DNA of 64,000 bases, taken from positions 18,352,001 through 18,416,000 of the forward strand of contig CM106585.1 of NCBI GenBank assembly GCA_048013815.1, in the 5' to 3' direction. Source of the stretch: Setoptus koraiensis (Eukaryota > Animalia > Arthropoda). Made by a program: the position numbers and the translations under genes. This document shows, piece by piece, positions 1 through 13,837 of this stretch. How positions within the stretch are numbered: the first letter of the stretch is position 1; every line of letters starts with the position of its first letter. Under the pieces are notes generated by a model. It had not been told where the DNA came from. It did no database searches and worked only from the letters and a program-made list of their open reading frames with translations.

Positions 1-844
1 ACGGCGAATGTCGCGGGTCGTGTAGCGAGGGCGTGACCAGGCTTGCGCCCGCTTGGCCTTGCCCGCCGACAGCCGACAGCCGCTCGAATGGCTGCCGAAC
101 GCAACGTTACGTCACGCTCTTGACACTTGTCGACAAGCAGCCGCAGGAGTGCATCTGCAAACAAGCGGCCATTATTATTTGTTGGCACTGCTTATTATGC
201 AATGGCCAGTGTCAGCCATCATGCAAAATTGCATAATAAGCAGAGGCTTGCAGGCGAGTATGAGCACAAGCAGCCAGCTCAGATGCGGCTCACAGGTAAA
301 TATAGAATCAGGTGATTCATTGTGCCGGCCACGAACACACACAACAGAGAAGATTCGTTGCCAACAACTGCTGCGTTCCAAGTTCGAACGTTCCAAGTTC
401 GAATGCGCTCACAAAGAACAAAATTAATTCTTTTCCTCGACGACACGCCAGCCATTTAAGCCATTCGAACAACAAGTTGCAACTCGCTCAAGTCTTGCCA
501 CTTCCTCTTCATCATCAGCACACAGTTTCTCTGTCAACCGGCCTGTCAACTGGTGTGCGTGTGTGTGTGCGTGTGTCAGGTGCCCGCAACAAACGCTTCT
601 GGGCCACCCATTGGCATTGCGCAACTTGCGGAGCTTGTTTCGAGTCGCTTCTTGGCGTCACTTCATTTGAATATCGCCCATTCATAGGCTGCCGTTCATG
701 CGCTGCGTTCATCTCACATTCATCTCACTCATGACGCTCGGCCCGCGGCCCGCATCCGTCGCGGTCCCGCGCGGTCGGTCGACTGTCGGGACAGCGACAG
801 ATGCGGACAGTGCACTCCGACGGTCGCAGTCCGACTTCGCACTA

Positions 845-930
845 CACTCCGCACAACACCCCACACAACACTCCGCACAACACCCCGCACAACACTCCAG
901 ACAACACCCCGAACAACACAACACTCCGCA
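845..930. repeat. 12-nt minisatellite (ACAACACYCCRC-like)
   Basis: About 7 tandem copies; it produces the HNTP/QH repeat ORFs. Confidence 0.85.
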
Positions 931-3622
931 CAGCCGCACCGGCTGCTCGGCGCGGGCCCGGCCCGGCCCGCCCACCTATCGCGTAGCAACCAGTGGCGTC
1001 TCCAAGCGGCTCGTTGGCGACTCACTGACCCGACTTGTCGCAAATGTCTCGTCGCAATCTGCAATTGCGTGCCGATGCGGGCAACTTCAGCTAACAAGTC
1101 CGAAGCCATGTTCGGCCGGATCTTTGCCACAAAACTTGTCGCGCTGTCAGCTGGCTGCGGTCGGCGCGGTCGGGCCGCGGCCGGCCTGACCCGAGGTCGG
1201 TCTGGTTTGAGGCGGCGGCCGGTCTGCTCGGGCCGGCCCCAGCTCTCAGAGCTGAGCTCATGTTGCCAAGACGAACAATGGGCGCCGATTTCGGCGTCAT
1301 CCAGCGGCCAGAGGGAAATTCGAGATGTCACACGATATTTGTCGGCGTGCCAATCGGCGCAAAAGTTGTTGCTGGGTCTGCGCTGCACAATCTAAACGGC
1401 CGAAACATTTTGTATTCTTTTCGGCCGCTCGATGGGCACTCGCACGACAAGAATACCAACTACATAGTGTTGCGCAATCGGTTCGGTGGCCATTGTTGTT
1501 GTTTGTTGGCTGGCGACGGAGAAAGTGAGCCAGCGGAGAGCAAACGGTGAGAGTTGCTCCGCTTCTGGCCACTTTTTCTCGCGCCCAAATGCATAATACT
1601 GGCAGCAGTTAGACGCCAGGTGAGCTGGTGAGCTGCCTGTGTGATACATGTGATTTTTGGATTTTGGCGCCGAAATTCATCAGCCAATTCATTACTTTCA
1701 TCGCACAAAAATGGGCCAACCAGACACAATCTCTGTCGGGTCGCACAAGCGCTGGTTAGACAATGGCGTGGAGCTATTTCCCTTCTCATGCGACCAGTGC
1801 TCGGCATCGCCGTAAACGGTTCAAGCAATCACAAGAGTTCGTGTCGCCGCAACAGCAGCAACAACACCACCGACAGCACCAACAACAGCGACAACACCGG
1901 CAACAACAGCAACGACAACAACAACAACAATCGAGTCTCACATTCATTTTGTGTGTCATCATCATTAGCGGTGGCGCAAGTGGTAGTAAAAGTAGCGACC
2001 ACCGGCGCACCGTTAATAGTTGACACAGTTGCTGCGATGTTGCGCAATTGCGTGGCTTTGCAGCAGTGTCACACAGAGTGACAACGAGAGACGCGCAAAG
2101 ACCAAAGTCGCAGTCACTCACAGTCAGAGTTGACAGTTGCCTTTTGACAGCAGTCAGCTGACCAGTGACAGACGCAGTCAGCTGACCAGTGACAGGCACA
2201 GTCAGCTGACGGTGGCCGGTCGGCGGGCCAGCCAGCCAGACAGTGTCGGCTGGCAAGATATGTAATGAGAGAGAGCCAGAGTCATCATTAGCCGGCACGG
2301 CGACAGTGTCGGTGATTGCTGTGGCACGCAACGCAACTGACGCAACGGCGCGGTGTCATCAGCGCCGGGCCGGCCACTCACCTGGCGGCCAGTGGCGGCT
2401 ACCCGGCGACTAACAGGCCACTGACAGGCGGCCAACGGCTAACAAGCTCCGCTCTAGCGTCTTGTCTTGTTATCCCTGGCCACTACTGGTCTCGCCATAA
2501 TGGTCTTGCCACTGGTCACCTAGTGGCAAGTGGCTACAGCAGTAGCAAAGTATTGCAGCATATATGTAAGCTGCTAGTCACAAGCGGCGAGTAACTAGCG
2601 GCAGCACACATTGAGCAGCAAATGAGCGGCCAGCAACTGTCTTGGCGCAACTGTCTTGGCGCAACTATCGTGGCGCAACTATTTCGGCGCAAGTGTCTTG
2701 GCAAGCCAGTGACATAACAAGCGGCTATGCTGTTTTAACGCTAATGATTCCCATGATGCAATAAATTAATTCATTCATTATGAGCAGCGAGCCAGCAGCA
2801 GCAGCAGCTGATTTGAGTGGCGTCCAACATCCATCAGACAATGTCCTTTGTGCGACGCCAGCAGCAGCCAAGCCGACAACAGTGGTGCCGGTGGTTGTTG
2901 TTTGTTGCGCAATCACATCGGGCCAACGGTTCACACGATAACTAACCAACTGGCTGGCTAATTCACTGGCTGGCCAACTTGCAACAACAACATCTTTTGT
3001 TGTTGATTGAGCAAGCTCACGCTCGCCGGCCATTTCGCCTGGGCCGTGTCGCTGGCCACCAAACACACCGTTCACATAATAGATTCACGATCAGTATTTT
3101 TATATATTTTTATATGATTTATGTGTGTGTGTGTGTGCGTTCATTACAGGCTGTAATTAGCCGCGGCGCCCTCTGGCGACCAGGTGCGCCGAAACGAGCC
3201 ATCTGGTGTCGATGTGGTGTGTTAATTATTATTAAAACTGTCGTCTCTATCCACTGTCGTATTGTGTGTGTGTGTGTGTGTGTGTGTGAATCGGCCCAGT
3301 TGCTGCGGGCCAATTATCGGAGTGCCAAATGGATGGGCCAGACGTTGTTGTCGTGACCGTTGTTGTCACTGTTCGGGCGAGCGAGCGGGCAAACAAAATT
3401 GGCAAGTGTCAAATGAAGTGTTTATTGGCGCCCAATCAGTTGGCTAATTATAGCTGCTCACAGCTCAACAAAACAACTGCTGCTCTATATTATCCGCACC
3501 GTCGTATACACTCACCAATGGGCCAATTATCGTCGGCCGGCTGTCGCAGGCCGGCCGGCGAGACGCTTGTCGGTGTTACGTCGTGCGTAACAACCTCTCA
3601 AAATTGTCCGCCGGACAGGTGA

Positions 3623-3654
<32 letters not shown>

Positions 3655-4371
3655 TCGCTGTTGTTACGTTGTCGCCAGCGCGCATTGGCCAGCCAGCAGC
3701 GCACACAGACAGATTATCTCAGTTGACCAGGTTAAGTCGACTATGACGCAACCCACTGACAACTCACCTGTGCTGTGCAGCGGCCTGCCTAACTGCGCAA
3801 CACAGGCGATAGGCAATATCAGCTGGTCGGCTCAATACCGTCACCTGGTCTGGCTGTCAGTTGGTCTGGCCGACAGTGTGCGTCTGAAAAATATCTGCAA
3901 GCTCCATTGCGCAATGTGAGGCTAATTGATTTGACAGCGTTATAATTAGGGGCTGCGTTGCACACGCACACAAACAAAAATTAGATTAATATCACACGCA
4001 CACTCACGTTGACATCTCACTGGATGTGTCGCTCTTGTTTCGCCCGGTAGTTGCCCGGTAGTTGCTGGTGGTTGCTGGTAGTTGCTCGCTAGTCGCTCGC
4101 TGGTCTCTCGGCAGTTGCCCGGTGGTTGCTGGTAGTTGATGGTAGTTGCTGGTAGTTGCTCTGGTTGTTGTTTGGTGGTTGTCAATCGAAACGGGATAAA
4201 CGAGCGGAAAATAGAGAGCGTGGGAACAAACGCACACACACTGATAATTAACCAAAACTCTCCCAGACAGGCACACCCTTTGACGCATATCCCGAATCTC
4301 GACTAATCTCATTCAATTCTCTCCTGTCTTCCCGTCCGCACCCTGGCCATCCCCCGGAAACCCGCCATCCG

Positions 4372-4460
4372 GCGATACCCATAACGCGATGCCCGTGATC
4401 CGGTACCCACAATCCGATGCCCATAACACGGTGATCCGGTACCCACAATGCGATACCCGT
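4372..4460. repeat. 36-nt tandem duplication before the 4500 acceptor
   Basis: gtgatccggtacccacaat at 4395 and 4431. Confidence 0.8.
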
Positions 4461-4500
4461 GGCGTCACACCGCACACATTTGCACTAATCAACAATGCAG

Positions 4501-5925
4501 CCTCTGGACAGCCGCAGCAGCAGCAGCTGCCCGGCACGGGCAACAACCCGGACGTGGTGCAAGTGAGAGGTCTCGTGGGCCGGGACAGTGTGTCGTTGCC
4601 GTGCTACGTGGACACAAAAAATTGTGGCGACGTCTATTACATAACCTGGACAAAGCTACAGCAATCGCAGCCCGCCCAGACCGCACCGGGTAGGGGCGCG
4701 GCGCCCTCGGCGGGCGGCCCGGCAGCGCAGCAGTCGAAGCAGTCGACCGAAATGAGCCGCAGTAGCGGCGGCACTGGTAGCGGTCATCATCATCCGTCCA
4801 ATCAGCAGCAGCAGCAATCCACAACCGGCAGCACGCCCACCACCTGGTCCAGGGTATACCTTTATACGGGCAGCGACCTGGTGGGGGGCAACAACAAGCA
4901 GACGGGCGCCAGTCAGAAGGCGCTGGGCGATTTGACGGGCCGGGCAACATTTTACATGGTAAACAGTGGCCTCAGCAACAACATCAACGACAATGATAAT
5001 GACAGCGACGCCCCCCGAACTAACCACCGGCCCGACAACACGAACAGCAGCACCGAAATGGGCGTGGAGCCGGGTGCCGCAGCCGGCCAGAGTGGCGGCC
5101 CCACCGGACAGTATGCACATACGGCGCGCCTAGTGATACGGCAGCCAAAATTAACTGATCAGTCAATGTACAAATGCGATATTACCTACGTCCAGGGCAA
5201 ATGCCCCAGCATTACCCAGATACAGCTAGAGATGATGTCTCTGCCCGACAAGGCGCTCATTCTGCACAACACGCCCACCCATCAGCCCGACGAAACCCAG
5301 GACAACGAGCTCATAGGGCCCTACAACGAGGGCGAACCCCTCAAATTGTCCTGTCTAGTCTATGGCGGTAAACCGCAACCGCGCGTCTATTGGCGCAAAA
5401 TTGACGCGCTCGGTCAAATGATAAACTTGCAACCGGCCCGAATTGCCTATTTGAACGGGCCGCAGTCGTCTGGCGCGGTCGCGGACTCAACTAACAAGAA
5501 CCACTATCACCACAACCACCAACAGCAGCCTTACATACAGGTGGACCTCAATGTCACCCTGACGCTGGCGGATCTGGGCGCCAAATTTGAGTGTCACGTG
5601 GAGCACGAGGCCATAGCAAAGCCGGCGGCCACCGTGAGGGCGCTGTCAATTAGCGACGACGACGACGAGCTCGGCGACGCGCCCGTGCCGCGGTCTCAGC
5701 CGCACCAATCGGACGGCCACCGGGATCAATTGTCGGCGCTCAACCGATTGACCGCAGCGCCACCGCCCACAGCAAGTGCCGGCAACTCGTTCGAGGAATC
5801 CCGACAACGCGACGCGGACACTCTGGCTGAGCTGCTCGCCAAGGCCGACGAGGCCTCCGACCAGGTGATTGGGGCGCCAGAAGCGGGCCGGCTTCTGGAC
5901 GCGCACGTCTACATCGATCTGAACG
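4501..5925 (+). CDS. Ig receptor exon: Ig1 (V-set) and Ig2 (C2-set)
   Basis: Acceptor aatgcag|4501; VSLPC..YYITWTK..ARLVIRQPKLTDQSMYKCDIT; LSCLVYGGKPQPRVYW..LGAKFECHVEH; donor G|gtaag at 5926. Confidence 0.9.
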
Positions 5926-8900
5926 GTAAGCCTCTGCTGCAACTCCCGCGACTCCCGCGACTCCGCAACTCCCGCAACTCCCACAACTATCGTAGCTCCC
6001 CAACTCCCCCAACTCCCAACCAGCGAGCCTTGTCTTTAAGTTGTCTTTTAGGGCCGGTAATTAGCGGGCCGGCGATCAGTTAATTGCTGGCGCGGTGAGC
6101 GGTCGGTGCACACAATTTCTCGCTCGTTGTTGTGTTTGCATATTTAATCATGATTAATGACGCAACAGACGACGACGACGACGAGCCAACTAACGGCAAT
6201 CGGGCAAATATAATAAATATAACATATAGTAAATAAATATAAAAATTTTGGCCTAGCCGCCAGATTGCGCACAAACCGGCTGAAGGCGGCCGCTCGGGCA
6301 CGTCGGTCGGCTCGGCGAATCTGGTTCGTTTGGCGGGACAGTTTGTTGCGAGTTGCTGACCGCACGCTGGCTGCTGTTGCGGCCAGTACCGTCGCAACCA
6401 GAGCAATGGGCAATAACGGCCTGGCATTCGCGCCACGATTAAAATAGTTTCGCTTGAGACAACAACAACAGTTTGCAAACAATGTATTGCATAATTATCC
6501 GCCACTGTTCATTGTTATCAATTAATCAGCGCTGACAGCCTCGGCGGGGCATTGTTGGCGCCGTCGTTGTTGCCGTTGTTGGCGCCGTCGTTGTTGCTGT
6601 CGTTGTTGCCGTCGTCGTTGTTGCTGTCGTTGTTGTTGTTGGCACCGTCGCTGTCGGGGTGGCCGGCAATTGTTGTTGTCATTTAAGCCGCCAGCCATGA
6701 ATGCCCACGAATGAACTCGCCGTTATTACTCACCTTTATTGCGTAATCGCCAGTGCTGTTGTTGTCGTCTCACACACCATTACAGAGCGGCTAGTTAGCG
6801 AGCCCGCTCGCCGACCGCAACGGTCAGATGCAATTAGCGAGTCTCCCACAAGGGCCGACCAAACAACCGATTCTATCAAAACGTTCACTCGCTCGCTTGC
6901 CCGCTCCGACCGTCCGCTCTCGCAAGTGTCCTCTCTGTCCGCTTGTTGGCTCTCTGTCGCTCTGTCGCCCTGTCGCCTCGGCCCGAGTCGTTGCTCAGGC
7001 CCGAGTCGCTCGCCCGGCCCGAGTCGCTGCGCCGGCCCGGGCCGCTCGCCCGGCGCCGACCAATCAACTGGCTAACTAACCTTAATTAAAATTCATGCCC
7101 ACAACTGCCGCCGCTATCATCATCTTGTCACTAACTGCCATTATCATTACGAATCGCTTTAATTGTCTCTCTCTCTCTCTCTCCGCTGCCAATCTCAATA
7201 ATCACGCCAATTGCGACAATCACGACAATCACAATGGACGACGCAATGGTCACATTGGCAAACATCGAATGTGCACGCCATCGCGCAATTGTGCACTTTA
7301 CCTGCGCTCGACAAACACTCTAAATCATGGCAACCGCTCCACAATCAACGCTGACTTGCCGACGCATCGTGTGCCGGACTGCCGCGAATGACCGCGTCGC
7401 CCGCGAATGACCGCCGGACCCGCAAACGACCGCCGGACCCGCAAACGACCGCGACGCCGCATACGCCGCACAATGACAATCGCGACAATAATCTACAGTG
7501 GGCGTGTCGTCCGTGGACCTGATCGTGGGCAGGGGTGCGCAGCAATTGCGCGAGGGCGACCTCGTCGAATTGGAGTGCGTCGCCTACTCAAGCAAGCCAG
7601 CAGCCAACATTACCTGGTTCAACGGGTAAGTATGCCGCCCCTTCGCGCACCCGAGTGGGGCATTTTCGCAGCCCGTGCTACCCGATTATAGGGCCCGACC
7701 ATAAGCCGACTGATAGTCGGACTGTTGGCCAGACTACTGGCCCGACCATTAGCCCACTGATAGTCGGGTAGCATGCCCGTTGACAGCACTTCCGGTCAAC
7801 CAACACATCACAACTGACGCTTTCATTCAATTCGTATTCAATTCATTTAAATACACAAATGCAGATCGCAAGCCCTGGACTCGGCGCAATTCAACAAACT
7901 AATGAGGTCGCAGCTGGAATTAAATGGCGACTCCACCGTCAACACGCACTCCTATCTGGAGCTCAGGCTGACCCGCTACGACCACCGGGCCCAGATCCAG
8001 TGTCAAGCGCACAATGCCGTCATGGAGCGCCCCCTGGCGAAGATCCTCGAGCTGCGAGTTCAGCGTAAGTGACATAATCGCACCATTTTTGCAATTGTTG
8101 TTTGATTTGCAATTTTTTCATTCAATATTTTTCCATTTGCATATATGCATCTCATCCCATATATACCCGATATATACCCGATATATGCCCGATATATACC
8201 CGATATATGCCCGATATATACCCAACATACACCTGCGCAGACGCGCCCGTTGTCAGCATGGAGCCGAGCGCCGGCGTGCGCATAAACGAGACCGGAAGTG
8301 AGATGTTGTCGCCCTCGAGCGGCCCGAATGCGGCCGCGGCCGGCGGCTTCAATGGCCAATCTGTGGTGCAAATCTATTGTGTATATCAGGCAAATCCTAG
8401 CGAATTGCTGCAAAACAACGACTCGGTCAGGTGGTTCAAGAACGATCAACCGCTCATTTTGGACCAGCCGCAATCGTCGCTGGATCTGGGGCCCGCGAGA
8501 CAGCACGACTACGTTGGCTCCAAATACGTGCAACTGACCACGGCCAACGGGTACCCGATGCTGATAATAAAGCGGCCCAGCCGCGACGATTCGGGCCTGT
8601 ACGATTGTCAGGTCGAGAATCAGATTGGCCGCTCGCCGCGGCTAGATTCGCGCCAATCTTGCCAAGTTCAAATTCAGTTCCGGCCAGTTGTGCGTCTGCG
8701 CGCATTTAAATTAGCTGCTGGCGGCGGCGGCGGTGGCGCCAAGCCAGCGACGGCGCCAAGTGGCGCGATGGTGAGTGGCCACAATCAATTGGCGGGCGCG
8801 GCGGGCGATTACGATCAACAAATTCTGGCCACACTGTCGGCCGCAACAGCGGGCCGGCCGGGCGCGGACGTGCCCGACGGCAATTATCGGGCCGGCAGCC

Positions 8901-11900
8901 ACAACGAGCTGGACGTGAGCGCGGACATTGTGCACGAGGGCGACAATTTGCTGCTGGTGTGCGACACGCTAGAGGCCGAGCCCAACCAAATAAACAAATA
9001 TTATTGGTACAAGTGGCAGTGGCGACATCAGCAGCAACAACAACAGCAAGAGACGCAATCGTCAAAGTCGGACAATTGGTCGTTCCTGGCGGCGGCCACA
9101 ACCGACCAACCGGAAGTGGCAACAACGAGCGCGCCCGCCGCCGCCGGACAGCCTGTGCTGGTGCGCACACTAATGGACGAAACCTACACGAGATGGTATC
9201 TCATGGCCAATATGAGCCGCTCTCAGAACGCCAATTACTCTTGCGCGGCCGCCAACCTGCTCGGGCCGGGCCCGACCAACCTGGCCGACGCTTCGACACT
9301 GGCCGTGGTGGTCAGTCACAAGCCAGGTGAGCCATTAACTGCATGCTATTACCGACATATTTATATATACTTTTATACACGCTACGCAGCAGGTATATCC
9401 ACTGCACTTGCGGCCGATAATCGGCCGTTTATTATCATTTGGCGCGCATTATGTAATATTACGTTATAGCGGCCGGCGATTATCCGCTAATCTGTGTGTG
9501 CGGCGCAGATAAGAGCCGGGCCGGGCCGGCCGCTCGGCGCACAATTGAAATCTCCGCTGGCGGCCACGTCGGTTCGTAATGGCCGACTGTTTGCTCGCCC
9601 AGTTTGTGTTTATCTAAGGTATTTACGGGAGTCAATATTGGGCCGCCATGAGCAAACAGCGGCGACACTGGCAATTATCTCGGCTGCGGGGCCCGTGCGC
9701 GTCGGGTACGCACACAGCCCGGCCCTTTGTCCGCGGGCGCGACTCGGTCCGCCGGGCACGGGGGAGGGGGGGGGGCGAGCGCGAGATTGATCAGAGTAAC
9801 AGATAGCGCTGCATTATATCAAGTCCATATATCACGAGATGAATAACTTGAGTAGTGTGGCAATTGTCGCGCCACAATTCAATTGGCGCAGCCGGCTGAC
9901 GGCAGGGGCATCCCGTGCCGGCGGCCCGTACTTTTGTTGTATCGCTTTTGTAGCGCATACATCATATTCGCGGCTGGCCATTTGGCGGGGCCCGTGTGTA
10001 GCCAGTTCGGTCTGGCTGCCGGGCATTTACCCGACAATTGGGCGACTCGGCAGCTCGGGCCACTCGGCAGCTCGGGCGACTTGGCAATTGGACAGCTCGG
10101 CAATTGGGCGACTCGGGAATTCAATTCGGGCATTCCGGCCGGCCCGGTCTGTGTGTGGGCCCGGCCCGTGTGACGCAACGTCGCGCAACGCCAGATAGCG
10201 GCCAGACAGATCCATCACCATCGCGCGATTGTCAACAATGACTGGTGCCCATATCAATATAAACATACCCTCACGTACACATTACAGTGGCATATATTAA
10301 TATTGTTTGTGTTGCTGTCACAAAGACACTATATTGCTCGCGCCGTATATTGGCATTGTTGGGCCCCAACTGCGGCGCTCGCACTAAAACGCTTAGAGTG
10401 CAACGGTTAGACCCGAACTTAAGACGACTAGACTCTAGTCACTAGAGGTAGTCTTACATAGACGGCAGCAGTTACGTAAGCTGACGCGCGCAGCTTACGT
10501 AACTCGCGCTAACCGAGGCGCAGTTGACAAGTTGTGTCACACACGTTGCAGCAAAAGCCAATAATGTGTGCGCCGCCATCCGCCAGCCGCCATCCACTTC
10601 CGGCCGCTCAGATGAAGCGCATAAACGCGCTTATTGCGCAACACTCACACATTATGCCCCTATCATATTATGCAACTATCGTATTGTGCAACTATCGTGT
10701 TGTGCAACTATCGTGTTGTGCAACTATCGTGTTATGTAACTTGCTCTCTGTGGCTCTGTGATGGTGGCGCTACCTACGCACGCTGGTGTCACCGGCCTCG
10801 CACTGGTCGGAAACGGATATTCACCCGTGAACCGGCCGCGCTTATTACACACATGTATCACACGAGATTACTAGCTGCATATGATGCGCCGCTGTGCCGG
10901 CCGAACGGGCGCGAAAGGGGCCACATCGGGCCGACAATTAGCCGCCCGGCTGCTGCGATTGCATCTAACCCCGTGACTCAATATTATTGAGTCAATAATG
11001 ACGCGGCCCGGCCCGATGAAATCGCGCGATGCCAGAGCGGCGCCAAACAGGCCCGTTGCAATGCAAACAACGGGGGCCACTCGGCCTATCTATCATCTGT
11101 GATGACTGTGTCTATCTGTGCTAACTGATCAAATCAAACTGGCGCCCGACCCGTTTGGGCGCTGCGCCCGCCCGGCTACCGAGCGACAGCCAGGCGACAC
11201 ACATCTACGTATATTCATTCCCGGCCCCAATTTATCTCCGCAGAGCCCGACCGTCGAATAGCCCGAGCACCGGGCAGCCCGCGGATCGCGCAGCCCGAGC
11301 GTCAAACGGCCCGAGAATCGCACCGCGGCCAATTCGGCTGTCATGCAATCCGAATCGCATCGGCCAGCCATGGCCAGAGGCGAGATGGCTTGATAGATTG
11401 TTTTTGCGTTGATGCTGGCCAAACTAATGCCGCCGAGCTAATGTTGTCGCTGGCGTTGGGGCCACTTGTTTACGGATATCTTGTTACTTGTTATAATTTG
11501 TCGTGCCGAGCGTGCCAGCACTGGCTCTCGGGCGACCATTCGGATGCGACGGGGGGATCAGACAAACTCATGGCAACAAGGCGAGCGGCCTATGCGGATT
11601 ATGTGCCGTTCGGCTGGCTTAACGCGGCACCTCGTCGTAGCTGGCTGTCCGGCTTGAATGGCGAGACGCGCTCGGGGCGCCGCTTTCGGAATGACCGGGC
11701 CACGGGCAGTCGCTCCGTTTGTCCGCCTCCGAATCGATTTGTGCGCCGAGCGGCTCATCTGGCTCAGCGGACTCCCTTAAACTGTGTCACGGAGAGGGCC
11801 CGGGGGTCAGCCGCCGATCGGCCATTCTATGAACTGTTCTCGTGCAGCGCCAGCTCGTGCAGTGCCAGCGTGGGCCACTTGTGTTGCGCGGATATTGTGT

Positions 11901-13800
11901 AATTGGCTGGCAGTGATTTTGATTGCAATTTGATCGAAATAAATCATCAATAAAATGATGAATTGGCTTTATCTGGCTGTGCCCTGTGCGGCGCAGTTGT
12001 TGGCCTGGCCGTTGGCCGGGCTGTTGATGTGGGGGCGCCGGCGCTGGCAGCGCCACCGCGCCGACAAGTGGCGCAGCGGCCGCTGTCGCCACTATCTGTC
12101 TGGCATGTGATGAGCTGTTTTGCGCGCCGCCAACGGGCCGCAACGACCCGACCCAAAATCGCTGCGCTGTGCCGCGTTGGTGCGCCGCTCGGGCACAGTG
12201 CCCAAACTTTGGACTGCAAAGATGCTGCTCGCGCGCACACAAAACAACTGGCCAAGATTGATGCCGGGCCCCCCAAATGAGCCAAGCGAAGGCGAGCCCG
12301 TGGCGAGCTTGCCTCGCTCATTGACGGACGACAAGCAATTAGCCGGTCGTTGTTGCTGAGTGGGCCCCATTCGGCAGACCGTGCCGAATGGCGTGGTGAG
12401 CGCGTGTAAAATGTGTCTATCGAGATAATCTCTGGCTGTTCCGGCCGAATGTGGATTGGTTATATTATGGTGCGATATGAGGCGCACTGCATTGTATCGC
12501 CACTGTAGCGATACAATAATAATGCCCGGCCATGATGAACCGAAATTGGTTGCGCTGCGCCACGTCGGTAACACGTCGTCGCGATCAGCTGCGCAGCATT
12601 GACTAAATTGAATTTGAGGGGCCCCCGCTCTGGGGCGCTGTGAGCCGGTTTGGTCGTTGCGCAAATAACTGTCGAAATGGGACGCGTTGCGATGAAATTT
12701 ATGCCGCTAATCAGTTATTATCATGCGTCAGCATCAGTTGTTATGTGCCGTCATTATTATGTAACCTCACCTTGGGGACGGCCCGTAAAACACTACATAA
12801 ATAACGGGGCCTTGCGCCCGCCGCGACAGACAGACAGCGCGGACACTGCGGACAGAGCGGACTTGGCAAACAGCCGCTAATCTTAGGGAGCCACGCGATG
12901 AGCGTCGTGATTGCCATTTCAGTTCATTGGCGCCATTTCAGTTCATTGGCGCCATTTGTGTCTGCGCAACCGGAAGTGACCTTTGTTTGTCGCCCCATCC
13001 AGCCAACCGAACAAGCGAACAGCAGTGCACACAGAACCCGTTGAGGGCGCAAGCCGGGCCCGAGCGGGATGTAAGTGTGCGCCGCTCGGGCCGGCACAGA
13101 GCCGCTGGCTGGCCCGAAATCGTGACACAGCCAAAAATACTTTTGTTGCCTAACGTGCTCAAGAGGCGCACTTACACTTGGCGAGACGACAAACCGCTCT
13201 AAAACGAAGCCTCTCGATTCGAGAGTCTCCGTCGAAACGCTGGCAAGTTACAGAGGCGACGGGCCCCGCTGTGTCGCACAACTTGTGTGTGATCCGACGC
13301 CAATGTCAATGTTTAATTTGCCAGCTAGCCCGTTTCGAATGTCGATGGCGAGTTTAGTTTAGTGCCAGTGACAGCGCACAATTGATGAATGATGGGGCTA
13401 TCTGGCCAAAAAAGCTCTCAGGGCTCCCTCTAACGATGATCCATGTGACAACAAATATCGCTCGTGGACATGACTGGCTGCAATGGCGCCACTGGTTTGC
13501 ACGAGCTGGCTGCACGTGCTACGCGCTTGTTGACTCAAGCCGACAATGACGTAACGCAACAACAACAGCCTTTTCCAGCTCGTCGTAAATTGTGCGCGCG
13601 CGTGTGTGTGTGTTGAAACACGGCCACAAATCACACAAATATCGCGCACAAAATCAGTGTTATATGAACAGCGGCCCATGTTGTTGTTGGCTCGGTTGTT
13701 GTTTCGGTTGTCGCTGTTGGCTCGGTTGTCGCTGTTAGCTTGGTTGTTGATGTTGCTGCGGTGATGTTGTGACAGGCGCCACCAATTGACAACGACAGCG

Positions 13801-13837
<37 letters not shown>

